Part shown: one piece after another, positions 14,133 to 27,551 of the stretch | Position numbering within the stretch: the stretch's first letter is position 1 | How the letters are laid out: each line of letters starts with the position of its first letter | From: Octopus bimaculoides | Taxonomy: Eukaryota | DNA length: 64,000 nt | NCBI RefSeq assembly: GCF_001194135.2 | Contig: NC_068983.1 | Coordinates: 120,281,804 to 120,345,803 of the forward strand | Reading direction: 5' to 3' | Made by a program: the position numbers and the translations under genes | Notes under the pieces: model-generated | The model's database searches: none | What the model was told of the DNA's origin: nothing | The model's input: only the letters and a program-made list of their open reading frames with translations

Positions 14133-14759
14133 AGTCCAAAAAAGGTTCATTTGTGAGACATGACAACAAAGAAGAACACACATTCACTCTCTGCACGCGA
14201 TTAGACTTGGAAAGTTTGTGAGGAACCCATTGACCAAATTTTCTGACTTTTCTGATGGAACACAGGTGTTGATGAATAGTTGAATGACCAAATCCAAACT
14301 TCTCGGCTAGTTCTTCAACAGTTATGATGGGATTTTGTTCCACCAGGGTTTGTAGGACATCCTCATTGAGCTCCACACATCTTTCAGGATGAAGCATGTC
14401 TTCTTGGCTGTAGTTTCTGGCTCAGAATTTCTGGAACCACTGTTGACACTGGCTTATGCTTATTGTCTGATCCCCATATACTGCATTAATATTACTTGCA
14501 CTTTCCATTGCTTCATTGCCTTTATTGAATTCATAAAGCAAAATATGCCGAAAATGCTCCCTTGTCATTTCTATTATGGCTTTGAAAAAATAACTGTTAA
14601 AATTGAACTGCACTCTTCAAAACTTGCACTAAGAATATGGACAAAGTAAAATTACTACCTGCTTTTATAGCAAGTTGACGCAAATAGTTTATCCTGTCCC
14701 CCTCTGACTTTTAGTTCATGCAATTGAAAAACACGCATTATTTATGGGATGACCCAATA
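14133..14759 (-). mobile_element. 5' half of a degenerate mariner, same family as 2241-3454
   Basis: Translations MTREHFRHILLYEFNKG.. and ..QWVPHKLSKSNRVQRVNVCSSLL; intact TIR ending at 14759. Confidence 0.9.
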
Positions 14760-16119
14760 TAAGAATAAAAATTCTCTTGATTTCACTTGAAAATAACTAG
14801 GGAAAGTAAAGCTGAGACCCCTTGAAGATTGACAAACTTTGTTATAAACAAAACTGCTCCTGGGATATGTGATAAGGGAATAACAGCCAGAAGATTAAAG
14901 ATTGCTAATTTGAGATTCCACCCTGTATTCATTCAAATAAACACCTTTTGGAGGTGTCTTTGCCCTAGCAACTGTTGATTTATTATAATCACCTCATTCA
15001 ATGTCATCACCAGTGGTTATATAAATGATAATAATAATAAGGAGAAAAAGCATTGCAAAATACTGTGAGAGATTAAAATGATTCAAATTACATGGTCATC
15101 TATAATCCACTCTAATGATCTGAATTCATCCTTTATAGCTTCATTTGAGAAGTCCATGTTGATGTTTTTTTATCTGTAAAAACATTTAGTAGTTCAATTA
15201 AACCTTGGGAGAGGCATTATGCCAGTAATAAACACATGCACTGGTTCAGTCCTTTATTAATTTATAAACAGTATATAGTTTTTTGTTAAATAATTTCATT
15301 GCACTCTTGCAATCTNNNNNNNNNNATAGTTTTTTGTTAAATAATTTCATTGCACTCTTGCAATCTCTTCAGTAACTTGTCTCTCCAATTCCATTTATTT
15401 TGAATGTATGATTTGGCGTTGTTTCGAAACTGTTCGGTATGAGCATTTAGTAGTTCTTTGCAGTTTATTAGACATACACTTTAATAATTTTAGTTATATA
15501 ACTAATGTTTACTTAGTGATGCGTACATACATGTAAGTGTGTGTGTGTGCGTGTGTGTGTGTGTGTGTGTGTGCATGCATGTGTGTGTACTTGATGATTT
15601 CTATTAAGATCATAAATAATATTAAAGAAAATATTAAATATTTTGTTTAAAATGAAATGTTTTTCAATTGCTATATTTTCTCATGTACCACTCATAAAAT
15701 GTAATTCTGTAGAAATAATTTGGCATCCTTCCACAATTTTCTGATACACCAACACATTCATTACAAATCATTCTGGTACGAAACATTTCTTTTACCCAAG
15801 TTAACGTGGCATGTTTGCCAACATTTTACTTCCTTCGTGGCTATAATCCAACTGGAGTATAATTAATAACAGTTAAGTTCCGTCATTCTTTCCATCTGAT
15901 TGCTGCTTAGCTGTAAGAAACTAAGCATGTAATATTTTCCGGTATGGACCCCGCTAAATGAACTATAGATAAAATGACAGTATGTTTTTCTCCACCTATA
16001 ACAGAAATTTGAAAATTTCATTTTGATTACTAATGTGATATTTTGTAATGGGAGAAAAATATACTCTTACCTTCAGCATTTTTTTCTGCTAATATCAAAA
16101 TGAAGTGGGTGTAACTCTC

Positions 16120-16330
16120 TCTTTTACTCTTTTACTTGTTTCAGTCATTTGACTGTGGCCATGCTGGAGCACTGCCTTTAGTTGAGCAAATCAACCCCAG
16201 GACTTATTTTTTGTAAGCCTAGTACTTACTCTATCAGTCACTTTTGCCGAACCGCTAAGTTACGGGGATGTAAACACACCAGCATCAGTTGTCAAGTGAT
16301 GTTGGGAGAAAAACACAGACACACAAACAT

Positions 16331-16381
<51 letters not shown>

Positions 16382-16495
16382 TACGACAGGCTTCTTCCAG
16401 TTTCCGTCTACCAAATCCACTCACAAGGCTTTGGTCAGCCCGAGGCTATAGTAGAAGACACTTGCCCAAGGTGTCACGCAGTGGGACTGAACCCG
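16120..16495 (-). mobile_element. tRNA-headed SINE family A
   Basis: Close match to 51175-51568; internal (CA)n(TA)n. Confidence 0.85.
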
Positions 16496-17104
16496 ATGAT
16501 TTATAGTTTTATTTCCTTTTTCTGTTTTTGTTAAACAAGATATAAAACCTCCTACCAGAAAACTGCACCCATATAAATAATACCACTTGTGTAATCTTAA
16601 AATGTTAAAAATATATAATCCATATAGGATTTTAAGCTTGATTATAATCATATTCATAATTAAGCAAATTATGAAACTTTTGGTTCTTTAATGAGTAAAT
16701 AATTAAGTAAAAATGCATATTGGATAATTAAAAAGTTATTATAAGATTATATTAAAACCATAATAAAACGTATCTTGGAGTGGCACATTAAATGTTTTGT
16801 GATATTAAGTTACATTCTTTTAGTTTCTGATTTCAAACCCAGCTGATTTCAATTTTGCCATTTACCATTTTGGGATTCAATAAAATAAGTACCAATTAGG
16901 TACTGATGTAGATTTAAATGACTATATCCTTTCCTCTACAAATTTGTGATAAAATATAAAATAACAATACCAATTCTTTCCACTATAGGAACAAGGCCTA
17001 CAATTGTGGGGAAAAGAGCAGTTGATTACATTAGTTTAACAAATGAACAGATGTACACTGTAGCAATCCCACTTCTAGAAATTGACTGCTTTTAGGACAG
17101 TCAT

Positions 17105-18570
17105 CAGGTATCATGGTTGACTCCGTCAGACTGTTCCAAACTGATCAACCCCACCAAAACCATATTTATTCCTGACCACTCTATGAAGTGTTACTTGAGG
17201 TGAAGTTTGTTGTGGACAGATCTGTCAGAGATGACACAAGTTTGCACTTCTCCGGTTACACTACCAAGGACGAGTGCCAGCCTATTGGCAAGCATTGTTG
17301 CCAAAATCTTTAACTCTGTATTGAGCAGGGTTATGGGCCTGAAATTTTCAATCACATCCCCTTGTTCACATCCTTTTTCAAAACATTACCACTTCTCAAC
17401 TAATTCAATTGGAAATGCTTTCAGTCAGATACTAGCTGCAGTAGATAGTTGTCGAGACAGGAGCAAACAAGTCTGGCATGTAGAAATAAGGTTCACAGGG
17501 CAGGTCATCCAATCCCAGTGATCTACGCTTTGTACAGCATATCTGCCACTGATTCTGCTGAAAATTGTTTTCTCTTTTTTTTTATTCAGCACTCTATTTC
17601 CCTGATCCATAGTGGCACAAAACCATCAAGGTGGGCATCATTATCCCTTCTCTCCAACTATCTCTGGTCCACTGTTCATTGAGAACAGTTTGGCAGGGTG
17701 CTACTGGAAAATCATACTCATTTGAAATTGGAGAGCATGTGCCCATCACAGTCCATCATAGACTGAATTCTGGCTTTGTTACTATGCTGTGCTTCCACAT
17801 GGCCCATCATTGTTCTTACTGTTGCTCATGTTCAGAACCATCAACTTACCATCTGGGTCTCCGAAAAATCATATTTACCTCTAGGTCCAGGCCTTTGTGA
17901 AAGAGTATCACTATACTCAGCACTCAATCTAAGTTGACTGAAGGAGACAAAGGCTGAATAGTCTTCCAGAAGGAGATCAAGTGATTTCATCTTGGACATC
18001 TTGGTTTCACTTATGACTACAATGCTATGGTACAATAACCTGAGGTTATGAAGCAGGTATTCTTGCTTCCATACTAACTCCAGGTCATGCATTTTAATAC
18101 CGCTCACTTTTAATAAAGCCATTTAAGCAGAAGCAGGAAACAAAAAACAAAAGTGGTGTAGAAAATCACTTACTCTGGTCTTGTGTTTTGGAATCTCTGT
18201 CTCATATTTTGAAAATTCTCTACATCATTTAGAAGAAGTTTCCTGAAGGAGTGGCACACTTCTACTGTGGTTCTTATCTGAAGTCTTCTTCATGAGGATT
18301 TGGATATGGTTACCTCATCAAGGCCTTCATATGATGTAAAAGTTTTATCTATTGGAGTGTATGTACTCCATCAACTCTTTGTACCATCTTTAGAGAACTG
18401 TGTAATTGAGAGGTTTGCAAATGAGTTGATTGTAGCTTTCTCAGCTTTTGTGGCTACTGTTGTTGTTTCTGTTCTCAAGAATTCAACGATGACAACTGTA
18501 TATTTTTTGTTAGCAAAGTTTACCTCAGACTGCAGTGTCTTATGTATTCTTAATTTTCTAAGTCAACAGG
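17105..18570 (-). mobile_element. Degenerate, internally deleted Tx1/L1-clade LINE (ORF1 end, endonuclease start, RT fragment)
   Basis: MALLKVSGIKMHDL..IVVISETK.. (APE N-terminus), ..LFHKGLDLEVNMI.., then NFRPITLLNTELKILATMLANRLALVLGSVTGEVQTCVISDRSVHNKLHL..LISLEQS, which matches L1/Tx1 RT domains 1-3. Confidence 0.85.
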
Positions 18571-19794
18571 GTATGGTTTGAGGGCAATTTGGCTGCCTTT
18601 TCTACTAGGTTATAAAAAAAACTACAAATGAGCCCGCAATGACTCACACTTAAAGATATTAATGACAAAGATAATCATAAACATTGATGAAAAAAGTATT
18701 TAGAGAGTTGGAAATTTGTAGCACCCAGAGATAAAGATATGTGAGTTTTTATTACTATACATATAGCTTTTTACAATTATGCATATAGTTTGTACTGGAA
18801 ATCATAATACCTTCAGCATATAAGGACGGATTGGATAATGTAGTGTTGAGATCCCTGCATACAGGAAAACAAAGAGGATGGTCAGGTCTGGAATGATCTT
18901 CATTATTGGTCTGATTTTGGATTAAACAACAATGCTTCTGACTATATTGCATCCTCCGGCACTGTTGAGCAGTATTGACACTTTCAAGAAATGCCTGGGG
19001 TTTTTGAGCCTACCTGGTGGCATACTTTATTTCTCCATTATTCAAGCAATCACTAAACACACATACACACACACATGTATATGTACAAGAGTAAGTCAAA
19101 AATAGAAACACATGTACTTCACAGGACACACCTTAATTCATGTAAATGAAGTCTTTATCACTAAGAGTGCTCAGTAAAAATTAAAGCTATGACAAAAGTC
19201 CATGTGAAAAAGAAAAGGAGGGGAAAATCCAGGAAATAACGATACAAAAAAAAAAAGTGTGTGTGTGTGTGTGTGGTATGTATGAATGAATTATGCATGT
19301 ATGAGTATGGTAAAATTGTGTTTTATGACTGGATGTCTATATTTGACAGAGAAAACAAGGTTCTCTGTTATAACACTATCTAGGGAAGAACGATAGTAGT
19401 GAGATAGGCATGAGAAGTTAGTAGTGTTGGAATAGAGCCAGCAACTTTTGAGAAGCAGAGCCCATTGAAGCAATGTCAGAAGAAGCAGGGATAAAATATT
19501 TTGACAGTAAGCCAAAACCTGAAGGTTGTTGGTGAAGGGAGGCTGGATGTTTTTCTCAATGAAATATCTTTGTTCTGAATACTATGAGTTACTGTTTAGC
19601 CCCAGGTCAGCCCTAATTAAGCTGACTTATAATCAAAGGCATTCCAGCCATGAACACCCTGTTTTTTCCCTTATGCGCAGAGATCTCAGGACTGCATTAT
19701 CCAATCTGTCTTTTCCTTAGACATTAGGATGTGATTTGAAAGAGATTTAGCTGCTATTTGCAGTAGGTCAGGCTCAAATGCTTTATTTTTAAAA

Positions 19795-20190
19795 TCCTTT
19801 TATCTTTTACTTGTTTCAGTAATTTTACTGTGGCCATGATAGCAAAGGGTATAGTTGAACAAATCAACCCCAATATTTTTTTTTTTTTTTTAAGGTCTGG
19901 TACTTAATTTATTGGTCTCTTTTGCTGAAATACTAAGTTATTAGGACATAAACAAAGCAACTTCAGCTTTCAAATGGTATGGGGACAACACAAAGAAACA
20001 CTTACACCCAAATATATATGTGCACGACAGGCTTCAGCACAGTTTTCATCTATCAAATTCACTCACAAGGCTTTGATCAACCTGGGGCTATAGTATAAGA
20101 CACTTGCACAAGGTGCTATGCAGGGGACTGAACCTCAAACCATGTAATTGTGAGGCAAATTTCTTAACCACACAGTTAATGCCTGTGCCA
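19795..20190 (-). mobile_element. Degenerate SINE family A
   Basis: Matches the family A consensus. Confidence 0.7.
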
Positions 20191-20664
20191 GCTTGAAAAA
20201 CATTATAGTAAATGATCCAGCTTTTATAAAGTGAAGTAAATAAAATGTTTCTCTATTGCTCAGAATGAACAAATCATTGATCTAATTATTTAAGAATTTA
20301 CCAAGCCATAATTTACTATATTTACAGGCGAAAGTATGGTAAACACAAAGTTATATCATTTGTTCTTATGTATGTTACACCATTGTGGTTGTTTTGGGTG
20401 TTCCAAATGCAAATGGATGCTAATGTTTCTGTAGCATAAATGCAGTTAAGTGTTCCTCCGATGATTTGTTGCAGTTAAGCATCTAATTGCACTTGGAATG
20501 CCCAATGCAGAGTTTCAAACAATCACAATGGTGAAGCATATGTAGAGACAGGGCCATCTTAAGGTATGGGTAAACTGGGCAGATGCCCAGGAGCCTTACA
20601 TTTCTAGGGGCCAAATTCTGATATATGCATTTTGTTGCTTGCTGTCAATAAATAAATACAATAT

Positions 20665-20880
20665 GGTGGTGAGCGGGCAGAATCGTTTGCTTGCCAGGAA
20701 AAATGCTAAGCAGCATTTTGTTTAACTTTATGTTCTGAGTTCAAATTCCATTGAGGTCAACTTTGCCTTTCATCCTTTTGGAGTCGATAAAATAAGTCCC
20801 AGTTGAGCATTGGTGCTGATGTAATTGACTTACTTCCTCCTCTGAACTTGTTGGTCTTGTACCTAAATTTGAAACCAATA
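20665..20880 (+). mobile_element. Degenerate SINE family B (another copy at ~21170-21340)
   Basis: ttctgagttcaaattcc..ctttgcctttcatccttt core. Confidence 0.7.
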
Positions 20881-22022
20881 AACAAATAAATAAATAAACA
20901 GAGTCCAGTGCATCCATTTATCAGGGAGTGGGATGGTTACAATGCTGCTAAGAGGGCCCAGCATTGAGAACAAATGATATAAACTTGTGTTTATCATAAG
21001 ATCTCCTCCTACACCTGCTCTGTATATCATAACCAGTAATACTACTAAGTACAGTACTATGACTACACTGGAAGTAGATTGGATGATGATACTCTATGTG
21101 GAGCTCTAAATTCAACAGTAGCAGTCTAATTGTTCACAAGATTTACTATATAAATAAATAAAAGAAATAAGGCAGTGAGGTGGAAGAACTATTAGCAGGC
21201 CGGGCAAAATGCTTAATGGCATTTTTTCTGTCTTTACGTTCTGTAAAATAAGTACCAGTTGAACTCTAGGGTTAATGTAATAGTCTTAACCCGCTCCATT
21301 GAACTTGCTGGCCTTGTGCCAAAGTTTGAAACCAATAAATAAAGGAAATGTTTGATTTATAGACACAGTAAACTATATATAGTTAATAAGACAAACAATA
21401 TAAACATCCACTTGTAATTTTACTTTGGTTGAGAAGAATTGATAATCTTTTAAAATGTTATTAGAATTTGGCAGTTAAGATTTGAAACTTTGGTGTATGA
21501 ATAGAAATATTCCCTCATATCTGAAGCTATCTTAAGAGCATCACACCCACCTGCAAAGAAATGTACAGGCATCACCTACATACATGATCACTGCATAGAT
21601 TAGCATCTGTCAAGTGTGTGCACACCCATACAGATTTTAGAAGTAACAGCTATTGGAAGTTTCTCGTTGCCTTCTGCCTCTCCCTCTCTTTTTCTCTCTC
21701 TCTCACACACACACATTATGCTATTCTTTTACTTGTTTCAGTCATTGAACCATGGCTATGATGGGTGGGATATCCTCTTGAAGGGTTTCGTTGAACAAAC
21801 TGACTCCAGAACATATATTTAAGTCTGGTACTTATTCTGTTTTTTCTCTTTTGTTGAACTACTAAGTTACAAGAGCATAAAGAGACAAGCACAGGCATGA
21901 CTGAGTGGTAAGAAGTTTGCTTCCCAACCACATGGTTCTAGTCCCACTGTGTGGCACCTTGGGCCAACCAAAGCCTTGTGAGTGGATTTGGTAGACAGAA
22001 ACTGAAAGAAGCCCATCATATT

Positions 22023-22261
22023 ATCATCATCGTTTAACGTCCGCTTTCCATGCTAGCATGGGTTGGACGATTTGACTGAGGACTGGTGAAACCGGATGGC
22101 TACACCAGGCTCCAATCTGATTTGGCAGAGTTTCTACAGCTGGATGCCCTTCCTAACGCCAACCACTCTGAGAGTGTAGTGGGTGCTTTTACGTGCCACC
22201 GGCACGAAGGCCAGTCAGGCGGTACTGGCAACGGCCACGCTCAAATGGTGTATTTTACGTG
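22023..22261 (-). mobile_element. Young RTE LINE 3' tail running into an N-gap
   Basis: Reverse complement of 33700-33925; near-identical to 24403-24621 and 37103-37210. Confidence 0.85.
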
Positions 22262-22644
22262 NNNNNNNNNNNNNNNNNNNNNNNNNNNNNNNNNNNNNNN
22301 NNNNNNNNNNNNNNNNNNNNNNNNNNNNNNNNNNNNNNNNNNNNNNNNNNNNNNNNNNNNNNNNNNNNNNNNNNNNNNNNNNNNNNNNNNNNNNNNNNNN
22401 NNNNNNNNNNNNNNNNNNNNNNNNNNNNNNNNNNNNNNNNNNNNNNNNNNNNNNAGTTTGCTTGAAGCATTGTGTATTGTTTGTAAAGAATAAAAAGTTT
22501 AGAATGGTATATCAATGCACTATAGAACAAAAAATGCACTATATACCTGTTGTAACTTGGTTATCTATAGTCCGATGATGTTTCGGAATTAGAATTCCTT
22601 CTTCAGGTCTTATTTGCTAGTCCATTTTTTGTTCTATAGTGCAT

Positions 22645-22689
<45 letters not shown>

Positions 22690-23436
22690 GTGTGTGTATG
22701 TATGTATGTACATATTTATATGCTGGTGTGTTTATGTCCCCATAACTTAGCGGTTTGGCAAAGGATACTGATAGAATAAGTACAGGGCTTACAAAGAATA
22801 AGTCCTGGGGTTGATTTCTTCAATTTAAAGATCTTTTAAGGTGGTGCCCCAGTATGGTAACAGTCAAATGACTGAAACAAATAAAAGAATAGACTAAACA
22901 ACAATTGCTACTAGGTGGAAAGGTGGAGAGGCAAATAAAGAGTCATACACACAATAGGCTTCCACAGAGTTTCCGTTTACCAAATTCACTTCCAAGATAT
23001 TTGCCTCAGGTGCTGTACAGAGTAACAGAACCCAAAACCATGAAATAGTGAAGCAAACTTCTTTCTCGCACAGTCATACCTTTCTTTATATACTATCAAC
23101 CCATCATCATATTTTATACATTTTCCATGTTTGTATGGGTTGGACAGGTCCACCAAGCAATATATGACTATTTTGTCTTAATCTCTACTTATCTATTTTA
23201 GAAAACTTGAGTTAGTTCTTCCGTAGGTTGGAAACACTACCTTGCTCATATCTATTTTTGGAATGGTTTCTATGGCTGGATGCCTTTTCTATTATGTCAC
23301 TAGTTTAACTATGTCATTGGTGCATTGCTGTCTTTTGTCACATAGGTGATGGACTGAGGAAAGAGTGATAAAAGAGAAACATATTGATAGGAGTGAGGTG
23401 GTAATATCAGAGAAAGTAATTACAGAGTCCAAATGA

Positions 23437-23439
<3 letters not shown>

Positions 23440-23526
<87 letters not shown>
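23440..23526. repeat. (GA)n microsatellite
   Basis: Directly visible. Confidence 0.98.
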
Positions 23527-23528
<2 letters not shown>

Positions 23529-24145
23529 TGGATGAAAGGGAGAAGAGGAGTTAGAAGAAAGAGAGATGGGGATAGAAAGTGTCAGAATGAAAGGGGTTAA
23601 TGTAGATGGTAATAAAAATGATAAAAGAGAGTGATAGGAGGAGGGAACTAAGGTGGTGAAGTAAAGAAAGAGAAAAAGAAAGAAAGAGAGAGAAAGCATT
23701 TGTGTGTATGTGTGTGTGTGTGTGTGTGTTTGGTAGTGAGTGATAGATGAAAGTGTAATGAAGATAGTAGTTGATAGTAATATAATAGTTGGTGGCAGAG
23801 AGACCTAATATGAACATAGTTGATGAGGGATCCAAAATAGGTATCAAACAGACCAAATTCCCAACCAATGTCATCATAATCATCATCATCAACATCATAA
23901 CTTTTTACAACTGTTCCTTTTTTTCCCATTCATGGGTTTTTTTCCAGCAATTTTACTTTTTGTTACCATTTTTGTCATCTTTCTTGTGAGGTTCAGCCTC
24001 TTGAAATATGAAATCTGTCTTTACTGCTTCTAAGAAGCTTTTCAAACACCAGAAGGAATCCTTTTTTATGTGTACAGAAAAAAATCCACCAATATTCAGC
24101 AAAAATATTCTCTATTACCTGTATTGTCTACAGGCCAGAAAATAT

Positions 24146-24360
24146 CTCTTTTCTACTCTAGGCACAAGGTGCGAAATTTTTGGGGAGGAGGCCAGTCGAT
24201 TAGATTGACCCCAGTATACAAGTGGTACTTAATCTATCGGCCCTGAAAGGATGAAAGGCAAAGTTGGCCTTGGTGGAATTTGAACTCAAAATGTAAAGAC
24301 AGACGAAACCCTGCTAAACATTTGACCTGGCATGCTAATGCTTCTGCCAGCTTGTCGCCT
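24146..24360 (-). mobile_element. SINE family B with a 15-bp TSD
   Basis: Flanked by caggccagaaaatat at 24131-24145 and 24361-24375. Confidence 0.85.
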
Positions 24361-24402
24361 CAGGCCAGAAAATATTCAAAATATTTTTCGACTGAAACAA
24401 AA

Positions 24403-24621
24403 TCATCATCATCGTTTAACGTCCGCTTTCCATGCTAGCATGGGTTGGACGATTTGACTGAGGACTGGTGAAACCGGATGGCAACACCAGGCTCCAGTCT
24501 GATTTGGCAGAGTTTCTACAGCTGGATGCCCTTCCTAACGCCAACCACTCAGAGAGTGTAGTGGGTGCTTTTACGTGTCACCCGCACGAAAACGGCCACG
24601 CTCGAAATGGTGTCTTTTATG
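24403..24621 (-). mobile_element. Young RTE LINE 3' tail running into an N-gap
   Basis: Near-identical to 22023-22261. Confidence 0.85.
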
Positions 24622-27501
24622 NNNNNNNNNNNNNNNNNNNNNNNNNNNNNNNNNNNNNNNNNNNNNNNNNNNNNNNNNNNNNNNNNNNNNNNNNNNNNNN
24701 NNNNNNNNNNNNNNNNNNNNNNNNNNNNNNNNNNNNNNNNNNNNNNNNNNNNNNNNNNNNNNNNNNNNNNNNNNNNNNNNNNNNNNNNNNNNNNNNNNNN
24801 NNNNNNNNNNNNNNNNNNNNNNNNNNNNNNNNNNNNNNNNNNNNNNNNNNNNNNNNNNNNNNNNNNNNNNNNNNNNNNNNNNNNNNNNNNTTAAAACTCA
24901 GGAAATATTAAAATGAATCAGTAAGACATCAATTACAGCATTTTTCATAAGTTGTAGGCAATTATATTGTTTTGGTTATTACTAACGAGTCTTATATTTA
25001 TAAAAACAGTGTAACCTGTTATGACTTAGATATGCGTCAATAATTTAATACTTAAATTAATTGTCTATATATTTAAGCACACACACACATGTACATGCAG
25101 AGTTCCAAAAATATTAAAACACCTTTTTAGCTTTACTTTATATGTTATAAATTTATTTATGTTTAAAAAAAAAAAAAACAACAAATAGATGCCAAACAAA
25201 CGGATTAAAACCTAAGCTTTATCAAGGGTTATTAATTATACACCACTAATCCAGAATTCCACAAATTCCAAAATCAATATTTAAAACACATGTGGTTTAC
25301 TGGGAACTGCTTTTTAAGGGTGGAGAGTGATACTTTAAAGGGAGACAATTACTTCTAGGTTTATTTTTTTTTCTTATGTTGAAGAATCATTATTGAAGAG
25401 TGAAGAGCATACATATATTTCTATAGAATACTTTTATTTATTTTTTTCTCATTTCCAAAATTTGCATATAAGTACAATTATGAATGCCCATATCATTTCT
25501 TGCTATCCACTACTTGTTCTCTTGCTTCTCAAAGGTTTTGCTCTGGCACTCCACCATCTTCCAAGATACTCTCGCCCACCCTTATATAAATGTGGGGTAG
25601 CCATGTATTTTCTCTATAGCAAAACATCGCTTACCCTTGGAACAAAATCACCTTTCCACTCTCTCAACCCTGACCCCACTCTTAATTGTGAGAAATTTTC
25701 CCTTTTTTGTTCTTTCCTATCTTGCAAGTTACTTGGCAACCTCCTCACCCACACCACCACTAGTGCTGGTGGCACAAAAAAAAAAAAAAGCACCCAGTAC
25801 ACTCTGTAAAGTGGCTTGTATTAGGAAAAGCATCCAGGTGTAGAAACCTTACTAAAACTGACATGAATTACGATGCATCCCTGTGGATCACTGGATCCTC
25901 TCAAACTATCCAGTCCATGCTAGCATGGAGAACAGAATTAAATGATGATGATGAATGAGGGAGAGGAATATTATTGTTAAAATTCACAGTGGCTGAAAGA
26001 AGGCATTAACACTAAGGTAGAAAAGTAATAAACATATCCTGATTAGGATAATATGTCATGCACTGGTGATGACACTGAACATCTGAATTTCCATTTGACT
26101 TTTTTTTTTTGTTGCTTTCGTGGATTCCTGTGACTCTCTGTTGTCATTCAATTCCTATATTATGAATTCGAACTGGGAGCTTGAGTCATAGTGGATCTTT
26201 CATTAGCTAATTACACAACCATGGATGCCACCTCTATGAATGTGCTGCAGTTACTCTTTTGATAGAGTTTGGTGATCCTGACCGTTGATCTTATAGAGTT
26301 CTTCTGCTCAGCATCAACATAAGAAACACAATTGGATCAGTTGAGCTCTTCTGCTACCTCTTCACGATTCACTATGTTGCAGTCCCATGACTTCACCACA
26401 TCCCGGGCAGGGTGGCTGAATAGGTGCTATGCCTTGCCAAAAGGCAGCCCATAACTATGCACAAGATAAATAACAATATTGAGCGAGGGAGGAATTTTGT
26501 ATGTAACAGTTCAGTTTGTAAATGCACTCTTTTAAAGAGAATTATATATTTTCATCTCTAAATTTTATAACTGTGTGCTCACTATAAAATACCTATCATA
26601 CAAGTAGTTTGATTTAAATTGATGAATAGGCTAGATAGTTTATAATTGTACATCAAGAGTACTAAACCTATTCTATGCTTTCTGCATGCCACTGTCGGCC
26701 TCATTCCCTATAAGTCTGCTCAATTATAACATGATCCAGGTTACTCATTAATAACTACAAAAAAGATTACTAACTGGCAGAGAGCCACCACTTTTTGTAC
26801 TTAACTTAGCTGATCATTTCATTGACCTTGGGAGGATGAAAGACAAAGTGACCCTGGCAGATTTGAACATACAATGTAAAGGAATTTATAAGTTATCACA
26901 GCAGTCATGTTCAAAGTCATAGTAATGTGTTGCATTGTGTGCATTTGTGCATGTGCATGTGTGTGTGTGTGGGGGTGGGGTGTGTGTGTGTGTGTATGTG
27001 TGTGTATGTATGTGTAAGAGAGAGAGAGAGAGAGAGACAGAGACAGACAAACAGAGAAAGAATGAGAGAAAGAATAAGAGAAAGAGAGAGATGGAGAGAG
27101 ACTAGTGAAATTTCTTCCTCATGCACAAAAATAAATGAACAAATAAATACTAATTATCTACTGACTATTTCTAATTTTATATAATCAGAATGATTTATAA
27201 TTTTCTTTGTTCAAGAATGAGTATTAATAAAGCAGACAAAATACATTTTAAAGTGAAAAGTAACCAGTATCAGGCTTATATGTATTTATATAAGCTACTG
27301 AATGTGGACTCTTCTTTCACTAATTACCTCTGTTATAATATCTTTTATCTTTTACTTGTTTTAGTCATTTGACTGTGGCCATATTGAGGTACTGCCCTGA
27401 GGGTTTTAGTGAAACAAATTGACGTGAGGACTTATTTTTTTTTAAAGCCTAATACTTATTCTATCAATATCTTTTGCCGAACTGCTAAGTTACAGGGATG
27501 T

Positions 27502-27551
<50 letters not shown>

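Larger units (their letters stand above)
12032..15173 (-). other. Speculative chain of short spliced exons (15173-15092, 13696-13583, 12104-12033)
   Basis: Each segment is bounded by AG/GT and all junctions are phase 0. ATG at 15157 is in an atcaacATGG context with an upstream in-frame stop. There is no recognisable homology and the third exon has an in-frame TGA. Confidence 0.25.

Noticed and set aside
15274-15366. Perfect ~41-bp direct repeat around a 10-N gap
   Set aside because: Contig-overlap artefact, not a biological repeat or CRISPR unit.
15790-15990. Minus-strand segment after a good acceptor (ttctgttatAG)
   Set aside because: All three frames stop, it contains several ATGs, and no frame-compatible link to neighbouring candidate exons was found.
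22570-22612. Minus-strand CTGAAGA..ggaatt/aattcc..GAAAC hammerhead-like core
   Set aside because: No valid cleavage triplet or stem I partner could be assigned; too decayed to call.
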